From assembly GCF_001194135.2 (NCBI RefSeq), contig NC_068982.1, positions 160,485,969 through 160,519,038 of the forward strand: a stretch of 33,070 nucleotides of DNA, read 5' to 3'. Made by a program: the position numbers and the translations under genes. Under the pieces are notes generated by a model. That model made no database searches. It had not been told where the DNA came from and was given only the letters and a program-made list of their open reading frames with translations. Positions 32,523 to 33,070 of this stretch are shown piece by piece; within the stretch, counting starts at the first letter, position 1, and the number at the start of each line of letters is the position of its first letter. This stretch comes from Octopus bimaculoides (lineage: Eukaryota).

Positions 32523-33070
32523 ATAACTTTCTTTTATTAACCACACAGGGCTGCACACAGAGGGGACAAATACAACTGTAGAGCTTTTCTTTAAAGAAAA
32601 ACAAGAAAAAAAAGGTAAAATAAAAATTAACAAATCCGATCAAAAGGGATCGGTAGGGGCAAAAAAAAAAAGGGTATCGTATATCACAGAAAATGTCAAT
32701 TGTGTAAAATGGGGTAACATTAGGTTTAACCATGGAGAGAAAAGCCTACGGAAAAGACCATGGTAACCTCAGTAGGGAATAGACACATGAGAGCGAAGTG
32801 CTCTCTCTCTCTCTTTTATTTTTTTCTCGATTTATAGGATCATGCTCAAAGAGGTATCGTCACTCGCACGGACCATCTTTGCTACATTGACCCACCGTTT
32901 AATGAAACTTTCACGAGACAAAAACTGTCTCTCCATTCTCACCTTCCTTTTCAAGTGATACTTGAAAAAGTTGATGAGCGATTGGCCAGAGAGGTAAGTT
33001 TTCGTCTCTAATGCTTTCGCTCGGGTCCACCACACACATTCTTCCACCATGGCCACCAGTATGATGAACA
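32521..33070 (-). mobile_element. L1/Tx1-clade-like LINE 3' end (ORF2 C-terminus 32832 to window edge, plus about 310 nt 3'UTR)
   Basis: FIILVAMVEECVWWTRAKALETKTYLSGQSLINFFKYHLKRKVRMERQFLSRESFIKRW fits the L1/Tx1 ORF2 ending pattern L..LAK..IW..R....L..FF...L...I..ER..L....F...W. The 3'UTR ends aataaaagaaagttattt followed by (ATCT)n. Confidence 0.7.

Overview
This is a 33 kb AT-rich eukaryotic window, dense in microsatellites, with six N-gaps. The repeat families look like those of an octopus-type cephalopod genome; this is inferred from recognised SINE/LINE sequences, and no database search was run. I can support no intact host gene, rRNA, tRNA gene or CRISPR array, and nearly all ORF-track entries are microsatellite, gap or antisense artefacts. 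The identifiable content is layered transposon debris. Retroelements: an internally deleted R4/Dong-like non-LTR element flanked on both sides by (TAA)n (2695-4517), a CR1-like LINE 3' part (11465-12625), a Penelope-like remnant with a minimal hammerhead motif (about 19.0-19.2 kb), a zinc-knuckle plus restriction-like-endonuclease retroelement end (29590-30204), an RTE-like end, an L1/Tx1-like LINE 3' end (32521-33070) and many copies of three tRNA-derived SINE families. DNA transposons: a full-length decayed mariner with TIRs and TA duplication (17059-18318), a maT/DD37D-type transposase C-terminus and an 86-bp TA-flanked MITE. The most informative observation is visible in the sequence itself: two SINE families each share their 3' tail with a different LINE remnant in the same window (SINE-A with the L1/Tx1-like element, SINE-B with the CR1-like element). 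SINE-A also occurs with alternative tails and as a dimer enclosed by one target-site duplication. I see no solid evidence for a wholly new biological system; the leads concern retroposon partnership, microsatellite targeting and small structured elements. Boundaries are hand estimates unless a TSD or TIR is quoted.
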